Shown one piece after another: positions 1 to 9,075 of a stretch of 64,000 nt of DNA. The translations under genes were made by a program, and so were the position numbers. Source of the stretch: Candidatus Babeliales bacterium (GTDB lineage Bacteria > Babelota > Babeliae > Babelales > JANWKD01). The DNA lies in NCBI GenBank assembly GCA_963762115.1, contig CAVXJH010000007.1:16694-80693 (forward strand), read 5' to 3'. Within the stretch, counting starts at the first letter, position 1, and each line of letters opens with the position of its first letter. The notes beneath the pieces are model-generated. The model saw nothing but the letters and a program-made list of their open reading frames with translations, did no database searches and was not told the DNA's origin.

Positions 1-817
1 GAGAAACAAAACCTTCTTTTTTTGTAATCTCCGTTGCTTGTGCCCAAAAAAATAAACAAGATGAATACAATAATAGCTTATTCATACTATATCCTTTGAA
101 TAAATCACTATTATAAAAAATATAAATGCAAAATAATGTGGAAGAAAAAGTTATACGATAATCATAAAGGACTCCTTTGATTTAGTAATATGAGATGGTT
201 GTAAGCACTGCTTATGCTTATTGCTCATTACTAACAGAATCCTTTAATATTCAATGTATTATAACACTCATATGGCAAAAAACAACAAAAAAAATCCTCT
301 TGCAACCTGAAAACAACTAACTAACACGTATTCTAAAGGGTTTTTTTATGTAATAAAATATAAAAAATGAAAATATTTTTTATATTTTAAAAGATTTAAA
401 CAATAAAAAAAAACAACATCATGACGTATAGGCAAGCTTACCTAACGCAAAAAAAACAACTTTGCTTCCAGAACAAATAAACGATCTTAAAAAACACAAA
501 AAAATCACCTTACAACAACACAAAGCTCATATTTTAAATTTCTTTTATAAATCTCTTGCACTTGCTTAAATCTATCGATTATAAATTTTATATCTTGCTA
601 AAAAAAGCTTTGCAATTTTCGATATAGTTTTCTTTTGACCTGCCCATACTAATTCATATGCTATCAATGGTTCGAATTATTAAATCATTATCGGCATATC
701 AAAATATCAAAGGCATCGTAAAAAAAAATTTAAACATACAAGGGAGGATTCTAGAACTAAAAAATATGTATCAAAAAAAAGTTAATTTTTTAAAAATATT
801 AAAGCGGGAGAATATGT

Positions 818-1948
818 ATGAATTTTAATAAAAAATTCTTTGTAATTATGCCTATGTTTATAGTAGGAATGCAAAATTTAATCGCACAACCACAAAACAT
901 GCAACAAGAATTCAAAGATCTTGATAAAGCTCTTAACGTAAAATACCAAGATGTTGGCATTGATAATAGCAACAATCCAATAACAATTGCTTATGTCGAA
1001 AAACAAAATCATCCTGGCAAAATAACGGTGATTTGCTCAGATACTTACCTTGGCTTCGAATCTTGGAGTTGCTTAATCAAAGAATTATCAAAACATGTTA
1101 ACGTTATTGCAATCGATCCAATTGGAAGTGGCAAGTCAAGCCAAAATGCTCCAACTGATCTTGATGGCGTTGGTGGTGTAGGAATAATTGGTTATTCTTA
1201 TACGCAACAAGCTATTTTCTTACATAATTTCATAAGCGCATTAGAAATCACTACTCCAATTGTTCTTGTTGGCATGGATCCACAAGGCAACGTTGCTATA
1301 AGATATGCTGATCTTTATAAAAACGATCAATATAAACTTAATAAATTGGTTGTAGTAAACGCTCCTCCACAAAGTTCAGTTGGCGACGATCCTTGCAAAT
1401 TAAGATATTTAACCGTTGCACAAGCACAAGCAATAGCTGATTTATATAGATTAGATAAATGCACCGCTCTTTGCTTATTATTGCAATCAAGCTTTGCCGA
1501 ACCAGCATGCTCAAAAGAAGCAACTGAACTCTATAATGAAGTAGTAAATTTTTCAGCAATGCAATCAGCTGACATTTTTGAACGTTCACTTGTAGGAACA
1601 ATTTCTGAAGATATTAGCGGGCTTATGGGAGGCATCACCATTCCTGTTCTTTATTTATACAGCATAGTTAATATCGCCGATGAAATTACACGCCAATCTC
1701 AAGGAATGGCATTTACTGGTTTTTGTCCAAGCTGCAGAAATCCAGAACTTTGCTCAACATTACCCTACATTCACCCATTCCCTAATTGCCAATTCCATAC
1801 CTTTGCAGGAAAAGGCGTTTTGTGTAATCGCACTGATGCTGTAAGATTTAATAGATATGTTAAGGAATTTGTCCTTGGTGAAGATTTAGATTGTGAAATA
1901 TGTAACATTAATCCAAATGTTTCAGTAATTTGTCCAACTTGTCCATAA
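818..1948 (+). CDS. secreted alpha/beta-hydrolase-like protein with Cys-rich C-terminal tail
   Basis: 376-aa ORF; N-terminal signal peptide; GYSYT nucleophile-elbow-like motif; 11 Cys in the last ~90 aa; GGGAGAA RBS upstream of ATG. Confidence 0.5.
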   Translation: MNFNKKFFVIMPMFIVGMQNLIAQPQNMQQEFKDLDKALNVKYQDVGIDNSNNPITIAYVEKQNHPGKITVICSDTYLGFESWSCLIKELSKHVNVIAIDPIGSGKSSQNAPTDLDGVGGVGIIGYSYTQQAIFLHNFISALEITTPIVLVGMDPQGNVAIRYADLYKNDQYKLNKLVVVNAPPQSSVGDDPCKLRYLTVAQAQAIADLYRLDKCTALCLLLQSSFAEPACSKEATELYNEVVNFSAMQSADIFERSLVGTISEDISGLMGGITIPVLYLYSIVNIADEITRQSQGMAFTGFCPSCRNPELCSTLPYIHPFPNCQFHTFAGKGVLCNRTDAVRFNRYVKEFVLGEDLDCEICNINPNVSVICPTCP

Positions 1949-1963
1949 TCTAGAATAAAAAAA

Positions 1964-2010
1964 GCAAAGAGGCGATGAATCTCTATAGATTCATCGCCTC
2001 TTTGCTTTTG
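1964..2010. terminator. bidirectional rho-independent terminator hairpin between convergent genes
   Basis: perfect 18-bp inverted repeat gcaaagaggcgatgaatc / gattcatcgcctctttgc with 6-nt loop, followed by T-run. Confidence 0.7.
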
Positions 2011-2078
2011 ATTAAGTCATATAAAAAAAATCGAGTTATAATAAAATAACTCGATTTAACTACTTACTAGTAATGTAA

Positions 2079-2243
2079 TTATGATTTACAACCTTTACCA
2101 CTCTTGCATCCACTGCAAGTCTTGCAACCACTTTTTGCTGATGATGATTGTCCATTACCTTGTTTATTACCATGCGCAACAACAACACCAATTTGTGCAA
2201 TAGAAAACAAACAAAGCATAGTTAACATTAACTTATTTTTCAT
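2079..2243 (-). CDS. small secreted Cys/Gly/Lys-rich peptide (54 aa)
   Basis: ORF trimmed to MKNKLML start with AAGGA RBS; signal peptide then GCKTCSGCKSGKGCKS tail. Confidence 0.4.
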   Translation of the reverse strand: MKNKLMLTMLCLFSIAQIGVVVAHGNKQGNGQSSSAKSGCKTCSGCKSGKGCKS

Positions 2244-2289
2244 GATTTTTTCCTTATTAAAAATAATTACAACATTCCAATAATGATAA

Positions 2290-3504
2290 TTATACACTTA
2301 ATACTACTTTTAGCCAACCATCATCGCGTTTATCAAAATGCTTATACCCATTAACAATATCAGCTAATGGCAACGTATGCGATACAAAATCTCGCGAATC
2401 AAAAATATTATTTTGAACCCACAAAAGTAAGCGGGGAATATATTTTTTATGGTTACAATTTCCCATTCTTATCGTTAAATTTTTTTCCATTGCTTTACCG
2501 ATTGGAAATGTTTTTAATAATTCGCTATAAACCCCAATGATTGAAATTAAACCATTTTTTGCCACCGCATCAACTGCCCATTGCAAAACTTGTGATGGAC
2601 CATTGCCAGGAACCCAATTACCATCGTTCGGATTTGTTTTTGGCGCAATTTTTTTCAATTCTTTCTTAAACTCTCTGTGCGTTGAAAAATTCGTTATAGC
2701 ATCCAATAAAGAATATCGTGGTTGCTCTGCATCTATGCCCACAGCATCAATAATTTTTGTTGGTCCTTTACCATTAGTAAGTTTTTTTAATTCTTCTACA
2801 GGATCTGTTTCATCAAAATTAATAGTATACGCTCCTTGTTGACTCGCTCTTTTTAAACGAGATGGAATTCTATCAATCGCAATGATTTGATTAACACCTA
2901 ATTGCTTTAAACAAAAAATAGCTAATTGCCCAACTGGCCCACAACCAAAAACAGCAACCGTATCTGAAGGCTTTACGTCTGCCATTTCAACAGCCATGTA
3001 AGAAGTGGGTAAAATATCTGATAATAAAATTACTTGATCATCCATAACATCATCAGGAATTTTAACAAGTGAAGTATCTGCAAAAGGAACACGCACTTTT
3101 TCTGCCTGCATACCATTGAAAGGACCTGATTCTTTTGGCCCACCATAAAAAGGCGTTCCTGACTCAGGCCCTTTTGGATTAGCTTTATCACATTGCGAAT
3201 ATAGTTCTTGTTTGCAATAATCACAATCACCACACGCAATTGTTGATGGCACAATAACGCGATCGCCAACACGAAAGTTTTTTACTAATTTTCCTACTTT
3301 TTCAACAACACCAACACCTTCGTGACCTAAAATTGTACCTTTTTTCATATGAGAAATAGTACCACGAATCATATGCAAATCAGTTCCACAAATAGCGCTT
3401 TTTGTAAGCTTGATAATTGCATCAGTTTGTTCTTTTAAACGCGGTTCTTTTACCTCTTCTAAGGCAATATTACCTACACCATTAAATACTAATGCTTTCA
3501 TCAC
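2290..3504 (-). CDS. Zn-dependent alcohol dehydrogenase family (formaldehyde-dehydrogenase-like)
   Basis: GHEGVGVVEKVG catalytic-Zn motif, structural-Zn Cys cluster CGDCDYC...C, Rossmann GCGPVGQLAI; 404 aa. Confidence 0.8.
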   Translation of the reverse strand: MMKALVFNGVGNIALEEVKEPRLKEQTDAIIKLTKSAICGTDLHMIRGTISHMKKGTILGHEGVGVVEKVGKLVKNFRVGDRVIVPSTIACGDCDYCKQELYSQCDKANPKGPESGTPFYGGPKESGPFNGMQAEKVRVPFADTSLVKIPDDVMDDQVILLSDILPTSYMAVEMADVKPSDTVAVFGCGPVGQLAIFCLKQLGVNQIIAIDRIPSRLKRASQQGAYTINFDETDPVEELKKLTNGKGPTKIIDAVGIDAEQPRYSLLDAITNFSTHREFKKELKKIAPKTNPNDGNWVPGNGPSQVLQWAVDAVAKNGLISIIGVYSELLKTFPIGKAMEKNLTIRMGNCNHKKYIPRLLLWVQNNIFDSRDFVSHTLPLADIVNGYKHFDKRDDGWLKVVLSV

Positions 3505-3594
3505 TCATCTCCATAATAATAAGAATTCAAAAAATGATTATTTAACTATAAAAATTACTGTAAACAAAAGAGGTAGAGTAAAAAAAGAATTTAT
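3465..3594. repeat. direct repeat copy 1 (ADH first 13 codons + promoter/5'UTR); ~90% identical to 4746..4874
   Basis: by-eye alignment of aatattacctacaccattaaatactaatg...aaaagaggtagagtaaaaaaagaatttat in both places. Confidence 0.8.
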
Positions 3595-3736
3595 GATTTT
3601 TATATATAATTTTTGTTCTCATAATATAATAAGGGATTTTCACCCTCTGAACACTCACCATGCCCGGCACTCATAAAGGCGGCTTGTCTATTGTAATCAA
3701 GTCGTCTTCTTTAAAATTCATGCTATGGTAAAATTC

Positions 3737-4708
3737 TTAGTTGTTATGCAATTCAAACAAAATAGATTCCGGTGATTTATAAACAATAATTTGTTTGTTG
3801 GTACTATAAAGTGCACTTTGTGCTTTTTTTATAATACCAATAAATTTCTCTTTTTTTGATTTTTGATAGCTATTTAATGAAGCAGGCCATATAATTTCAG
3901 CACCATTTTTCAAAAGTAATTCAATAATATTAAATGCCTGTTGCGCAGATTTCCCTTTGGGCCAAATGGCAAATCGAGAAATTGCATCATATAAAGGCGT
4001 TTCATTATATCTAGCTGCATAATTTACCTCAGCTCCTAAATCAATTAATAATGAAACCATAGAATAATTAATCTCACGTATTGCAGTTCTAATTGGAGTT
4101 AGATTATCAGCACCAACTCCTTTGTTTACTTGTGCACCACGAGCAACTAAGTATTTAACAACTTCCTCAGTTCCATACCTAACTGCTGTATTTAAAGGCG
4201 TTGCATATGCATATTCACCATTAATATCTGCGCCTGCCTCAATTTCTTTTTTAATTTTTTCAATACGCGATTGCCTTTTTATAAGCTCAAACAGCTTTTG
4301 ACTTGATGGATGCACCGCACGAGAGCTTATAGGATAGCTCTTTAAAGGGCCTATTCTACTGCGAGCCAATTGACGAGACCTTTTCCCCAATTGACAAAAT
4401 TTTCTCCCAAATGAATTAATATGTTTTGGTTTATTTATAATTATTTTCGTGCCATATGATTTTTGTTTTGAAAATAAATTAGATTTGTCTTCCTTCATCG
4501 ATGAAGATACTTGATCCTCAATGTCAATAGACACACCTGCCAAAGCTGTTTCCTGTTCAGCAAATTTAAATTTCGGTCGTACATACAAAAATGATCCCGG
4601 ATTTAATTGCGCTCTTCTAACGTTTTCATCCTGCTTTTCTTGCGCCTCAATAGCCAAAGAATAAAAACCTAGACACATCTGCAGTAAAAAAATAGCTACA
4701 AATAACAT
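3737..4708 (-). CDS. ankyrin-repeat protein, secreted
   Basis: signal peptide; tandem ANK-like repeats (TPLNTAVRYGTEEVVKYLVARGAQVN, TPIRTAIREINYSMVSLLIDLGAEVN, TPLYDAIS...); AAGGA RBS 7 nt before ATG. Confidence 0.7.
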   Translation of the reverse strand: MLFVAIFLLQMCLGFYSLAIEAQEKQDENVRRAQLNPGSFLYVRPKFKFAEQETALAGVSIDIEDQVSSSMKEDKSNLFSKQKSYGTKIIINKPKHINSFGRKFCQLGKRSRQLARSRIGPLKSYPISSRAVHPSSQKLFELIKRQSRIEKIKKEIEAGADINGEYAYATPLNTAVRYGTEEVVKYLVARGAQVNKGVGADNLTPIRTAIREINYSMVSLLIDLGAEVNYAARYNETPLYDAISRFAIWPKGKSAQQAFNIIELLLKNGAEIIWPASLNSYQKSKKEKFIGIIKKAQSALYSTNKQIIVYKSPESILFELHNN

Positions 4709-4725
4709 ATATAAATCCTTATGTT

Positions 4726-4782
4726 TTAAAATCTATATGCTAAACCAATATTACCTACACCATTAAATACTAATGTTTTCAT
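4726..4782 (-). pseudogene. remnant of duplicated ADH 5' end (MKTLVFNGVGNI...) forming an 18-codon uORF just upstream of the ankyrin gene
   Basis: first 12 codons match the ADH N-terminus MKALVFNGVGNI, then diverge to a stop; ankyrin RBS follows. Confidence 0.6.
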
Positions 4783-4874
4783 TACTAATCTCCATAATAA
4801 TAAAAATTTAAAAGTAATTATTTAACTATAAAAATTATTGTAAACAAAAGAGGTAGAGTAAAAAAAGAATTTAT
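4746..4874. repeat. direct repeat copy 2 (ADH promoter + start codon region)
   Basis: see 3465..3594. Confidence 0.8.
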
Positions 4875-4877
4875 TAT

Positions 4878-5008
4878 AATCTTCCATGAAATGCCTTGAA
4901 AAACCTCGTGCAGGAATAATATGGACCAATCAAGCCAATTGAATTAAGTGATTAGGACAATAAAAACTTTTCGTTTATGGCAAAAAATGTAGTTAATAAA
5001 AATCTATT
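4878..5008. repeat. repeat block A (downstream flank of Nudix paralog 1); second, longer copy at 7465..7690
   Basis: aatcttccatgaaatgccttgaaaaacctcgtgcagg... shared; copy A' carries a ~95-bp extra segment. Confidence 0.7.
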
Positions 5009-5521
5009 TTAGTAGTTGCAATATCTATCGAATAAAAAATTAATCAATAGCGGCAAATCACTCTTAACAGATTCACCCTTTTTAATTTTTTCTTGTAATT
5101 CTTGAACAGAAATCCAACAAGCAGACTCAAAGTCTTCTTTATTATAATCAGGCATAATCGAACTTTCAATCATGTAAAAATGCATAAAAGCTGACACCCC
5201 ATGCTCATGAGGGGTTAATTTTCCAATCATTGCATAATCGCATTCAGTAAGATTAAGATTTAACTCTTCTTTTAATTCTCTTTCAAATGCTTGTTGATAC
5301 GTTTCACCTGCCATAACATGCCCACCAACACTAGCATCTAAACATAACGGGAAAAGTTTTTTGTATTTAGTACGACGTGGAATCAAAAGTTGCTGTTGAT
5401 CATTAATAAGAAAAGCATTAATAACACGAAAGCAAGATAATTGTTGTTCATAAATCTCTGAACGAAATTTCTGACTGATTACTTGATCACACTCATCTAC
5501 AATATCTAATAGCTCATCCAT
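5009..5521 (-). CDS. Nudix hydrolase (paralog 1)
   Basis: Nudix box GGHVMAGETYQQAFERELKEELNL (G-x5-E-x7-REUxEE); ~85% aa identity to ORF 12324..12839. Confidence 0.7.
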   Translation of the reverse strand: MDELLDIVDECDQVISQKFRSEIYEQQLSCFRVINAFLINDQQQLLIPRRTKYKKLFPLCLDASVGGHVMAGETYQQAFERELKEELNLNLTECDYAMIGKLTPHEHGVSAFMHFYMIESSIMPDYNKEDFESACWISVQELQEKIKKGESVKSDLPLLINFLFDRYCNY

Positions 5522-5703
5522 AAAAATACCTTTCTATTTTCTGATTTTTAAAATTTCTAATACATCAAAAAAAAATTGACCACAAAGACTAAAAAATACT
5601 ACCTTAAAAGCTGGAAGTTAGAAAAAGTCTTACCTTTAGCCTTTAAGTACTATCTTAAATAGAGATTCTTTGAGGAATTCGTGCCAAAGATGCATGCGAA
5701 TAC

Positions 5704-5828
5704 TCTATTTTATGAGATAAAATTTGTATAAAATCTTTAATATCCCAACCAACGTAATCAGAAACTTAGCCATCACCAATTTCAATCACTCTATTTTTAT
5801 CTTCTGTAGTGGTTGCGATATCTATTGA
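5704..5828. repeat. repeat block B (contains degenerate 3' end of a Nudix paralog, ...LFNRYRNHY*); second copy at 7681..7805
   Basis: ctattttatgagat(a/g)aaatttgtataaaatctttaatatcccaaccaacgtaatcagaaactt...gttgcgatatctattga in both. Confidence 0.7.
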
Positions 5829-5881
5829 ATAAATTATGATGGGCAGATCGAATTTTTAGATAAAGTAAACTAAAACAACAG

Positions 5882-7351
5882 TTATCTTTTCATTAATTGA
5901 ATCACTTTTCTAGCCATCCACTCACCAAGACACTCAAGAAGTGTTCCGCTATAATGATTTTTAGTTACATTAACCTCTAATTGTTGTCGCATTAAATCTT
6001 TGATGATATCACAAAACACTGCATCCATTTCTTGATTATATTGATCAATTTGACTTTTCGTTAAATATCCTGGAGTAAAATATCTATAAGTTTTTGTGAT
6101 AGAAGGATCAAGAAGCTTCGTTGAAAGTGCATATAATCGAGCTTGGCATAAAGTAAGGTTACAGAAAAAGCTATTACCTACTTCTTGGTATTCATATGTT
6201 TTTAATAATCCATCAAGAGCGAGCGATTCTTCTTGATACATTTTTAAAAATGGAGAAATAAGGGTATGCCGTTTTTTTGATTCATTCCAAATATCAACAA
6301 TAAGAGATTTATTAAGAGGCTTTCCTCCAGGTATTGCAAAATAAGCTAATTCATCAACCACATCTTTTCTAATAAAAATTTGAAGCATGCATCCAGCATC
6401 TTGTTGCACTGAATATTTTCTTGAAATATCAAAAATTGTATCTAAATATTTTTGATTAATCTTGTATACATTAAATATATTTCTCAACTCTTTTTCAACG
6501 TAACCAGATTCTAACGCACCAATTTTGCTAATAAAATACCAAAAACTACATCCCATACAAGTATTTGATTGAAAAAATCCAAAAAGCGAAAGGTTTACCG
6601 ATACCAAACGACAAGCTATACATTTTAAAGCATCAAACCATTCATCGCTTTCATTCTTACAATAGTTGCAATGAAATTTACGAGAGAAATCAATATTCCA
6701 AGAGTGCGTTTCATCTAAAAATTCTTCCATATTTTCAGATATTTTTGTATCAAAATTAGATGAACGCAACGGAATAGGAAAATTAAAATTAAGACAGCCC
6801 CATTCATTAAGTTTTTTTAGAACATCTTGGAAAAGTAAAATGTTATCTTGAGGAATATTTTTAACGCAATGTGCATGATAAAATACATAGTGTGAATCAT
6901 TATATTGTATTTCTCGTGAAATGATTGGTGTGATAACAGAATCAATATAATGTTGATACTCATCTTGTGGAATAATTAAATCAGGATAATATTTACCAAA
7001 AGTATCAAGCATTGTTTTAAAAACGGTTTGATCTATATACTCTCTGTTATTATAAATTCTTAAATGATTAAGCGTCGATGTTTTTACCTCAGGCCCAAGA
7101 GGAAAGATAACCTTTTGTGCATGATCATCAAGCATGACTTGATGCTTCAACAAAGAGTTTAATTCATTAACTTCTTGTGCAATGAAAGCTTCTATTTCTG
7201 ATTCGTCAGACCTAACGTGATTAAAAGCACTTTCAATTCCCTTGATAGAATAAATTTCTTGTGTATTTACGCAACAAACTTCTATTGTAAGATTTATTAA
7301 AAGAAAAAAAATAATTTTAACCCAAGCAAGCTTATGTATCATTTTAACCAA
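5882..7351 (-). CDS. hypothetical secreted protein (489 aa)
   Basis: long ORF with N-terminal hydrophobic signal; no recognisable family by eye. Confidence 0.5.
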   Translation of the reverse strand: MVKMIHKLAWVKIIFFLLINLTIEVCCVNTQEIYSIKGIESAFNHVRSDESEIEAFIAQEVNELNSLLKHQVMLDDHAQKVIFPLGPEVKTSTLNHLRIYNNREYIDQTVFKTMLDTFGKYYPDLIIPQDEYQHYIDSVITPIISREIQYNDSHYVFYHAHCVKNIPQDNILLFQDVLKKLNEWGCLNFNFPIPLRSSNFDTKISENMEEFLDETHSWNIDFSRKFHCNYCKNESDEWFDALKCIACRLVSVNLSLFGFFQSNTCMGCSFWYFISKIGALESGYVEKELRNIFNVYKINQKYLDTIFDISRKYSVQQDAGCMLQIFIRKDVVDELAYFAIPGGKPLNKSLIVDIWNESKKRHTLISPFLKMYQEESLALDGLLKTYEYQEVGNSFFCNLTLCQARLYALSTKLLDPSITKTYRYFTPGYLTKSQIDQYNQEMDAVFCDIIKDLMRQQLEVNVTKNHYSGTLLECLGEWMARKVIQLMKR

Positions 7352-7464
7352 TCGATTAATGTACTATAAAACAAAAAAATTTTGTTTACTTTATCAACAG
7401 CAAAATAAAATGTCTACTTGCAAAACCTGCTTGATCAAAAGCTCATTAAAAAAGCACTTGCTGC

Positions 7465-7690
7465 AATCTTCCATGAAATGCTTTGAAAAACCTCATGCAG
7501 GAAAATAATAATGCCTACAACTCAAACATTTGATACATTTGAAATTACTGTATCATTGGCAACCGACCTCATTGCAGAGCAATTTCCACAATAGGCCCAT
7601 TTAGAGGTCAAGCAAGTTGAATTAAGTTGCCAAAACAATAAAACTTTTCGCCTAGGACAAGAAATGTAATTAATAAGAATCTATTTTATG
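7465..7690. repeat. repeat block A' (see 4878..5008)
   Basis: alignment by eye. Confidence 0.7.
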
Positions 7691-7805
7691 AGATAGAATT
7701 TGTATAAAATCTTTAATATCCCAACCAACGTAATCAGAAACTTGGCCATCCCCAATTTCAATCACTATATTTTTATCTTCTGTAGTGGTTGCGATATCTA
7801 TTGAT
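7681..7805. repeat. repeat block B' (see 5704..5828), abutting the IS200-like element
   Basis: alignment by eye; ends at tctattga 10 nt before the IS right-end hairpin. Confidence 0.7.
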
Positions 7806-7807
7806 TA

Positions 7808-8368
7808 AACAACACACGGCTTAAAAGCCGTGGATTTAGAAGCACGAGATGAAAGCTTTTTATTGATTTCTAACATAATTGAGAATTGTCTCTTCTGAAC
7901 ATTGTCCAAATGTTTCAGAGAAATATCCATCTGCCCAAAAATCGTTACCCCACAAAAATTTCTTTATTTCAGGTAATTCAGCTCTGAGCATTTTACTTGA
8001 AATTCCCTTGAGTAATTGAACGGCCTTGCTCACACTCACACTTGGTGGTAATTGTATTACAAGATGCACATGGTCTATCTGAATATTTAGTTCTTGAATT
8101 TCCCATGCATTAATTTCCGCACATTCTCGCAAAAGTTCTTCTAACCTGCTCTTAACTTTGCCTTCTAATACTTTTTTTCTATATTTAGGTAACCAAACTA
8201 TATGATACATATGCCTATGAGTTGTATGCGCTCCGTGCCAATATTTCTTTGTCATGTCAATTAGTATGACAAAACTAACCTCACTTCGCAAAAATTTACA
8301 TTTTTGCTTCGCTCGCGCATTTGATGACATTCATCCCCAGGTTTAAAACCCTGGGGTTTTCTGTCATA
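7808..8368 (-). mobile_element. IS200/IS605-family insertion sequence (tnpA only); boundaries approximate
   Basis: Y1/HUH transposase ORF flanked by subterminal hairpins: cacggcttaaaagccgtg (7815..7832) and ccccaggtttaaaaccctgggg (8335..8356). Confidence 0.65.
7860..8255 (-). CDS. tnpA: IS200-family transposase TnpA (Y1 HUH)
   Basis: YHIVWLPKYRKKVL, HVHLVIQLPP (HuH), C-terminal ILNYVRNQ (catalytic Tyr); start chosen at MTKKYW (131 aa) rather than the upstream in-frame ATG at 8330. Confidence 0.75.
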   Translation of the reverse strand: MTKKYWHGAHTTHRHMYHIVWLPKYRKKVLEGKVKSRLEELLRECAEINAWEIQELNIQIDHVHLVIQLPPSVSVSKAVQLLKGISSKMLRAELPEIKKFLWGNDFWADGYFSETFGQCSEETILNYVRNQ

Positions 8369-9023
8369 CGAAATAAAATTTTAGATCTTTATGTTTTAAT
8401 TTTGCATATACTTCTTCTGCAATTTGATATTTATTACTATCTTTCTTCGGACTAAAAATTGTATTATGCATAACAAAAAATCTAACTTCTGAATCGGGAA
8501 TTAAATTAACAACTTCGCGCAATATAATACCGCCTTCAATATACCCACGATAATGCATCATATCTTTTAGTGCTCGGCTTATATCTTCTTCATCGTATAC
8601 CACACTACCCTTGCCAGTTTTCAGTGACTTTGCATAATCTTTTATGAATGCTTTTGAAAATTTTGTAAAATCTCGATACACATTTTCTTCATTGGTAACA
8701 ACAGATGAAATAGTTAACGAAGAAATTTCATGGTACCAATTAGGCAAATAATGAGCATTAAAATAATCTTGTTTTGATGTTATCAGTTGATCGCCAAATA
8801 TTTGTTCTAATTGAGTATATTTTGCATCATTAAGCATCCAACCCCTATAAATAATTTTAACATCTTTTGGGATTTGAAAGCTTTTATAATTTTGTAAATT
8901 ATCAATATCAATAAGATATACTGATAATCCTTTCTCTCTAACAGCAAGATATTCTTCTTTAAAATTTTCATCTATTTGATTAGCATTTAAAGGATTATTG
9001 GGATATAAAAAGATTGTTTTCAT
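8364..9023 (-). CDS. hypothetical protein (219 aa), possibly a minimal ATP-grasp-like fold
   Basis: ORF with canonical start; weak recollection of similarity to small ATP-grasp proteins; not verifiable here. Confidence 0.45.
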   Translation of the reverse strand: MKTIFLYPNNPLNANQIDENFKEEYLAVREKGLSVYLIDIDNLQNYKSFQIPKDVKIIYRGWMLNDAKYTQLEQIFGDQLITSKQDYFNAHYLPNWYHEISSLTISSVVTNEENVYRDFTKFSKAFIKDYAKSLKTGKGSVVYDEEDISRALKDMMHYRGYIEGGIILREVVNLIPDSEVRFFVMHNTIFSPKKDSNKYQIAEEVYAKLKHKDLKFYFV

Positions 9024-9075
9024 AATAATTTAAGCAATATTCATATTCAAATATATTAATATATGTAGCAAAATA

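Noticed and set aside
1-817. AT-rich 0.8-kb non-coding leader considered as a replication origin
   Set aside because: No clusters of DnaA-box-like 9-mers (TTATCCACA / TGTGGATAA) seen, only a lone tgtggaaga; probably just an AT-rich promoter region for the first gene.
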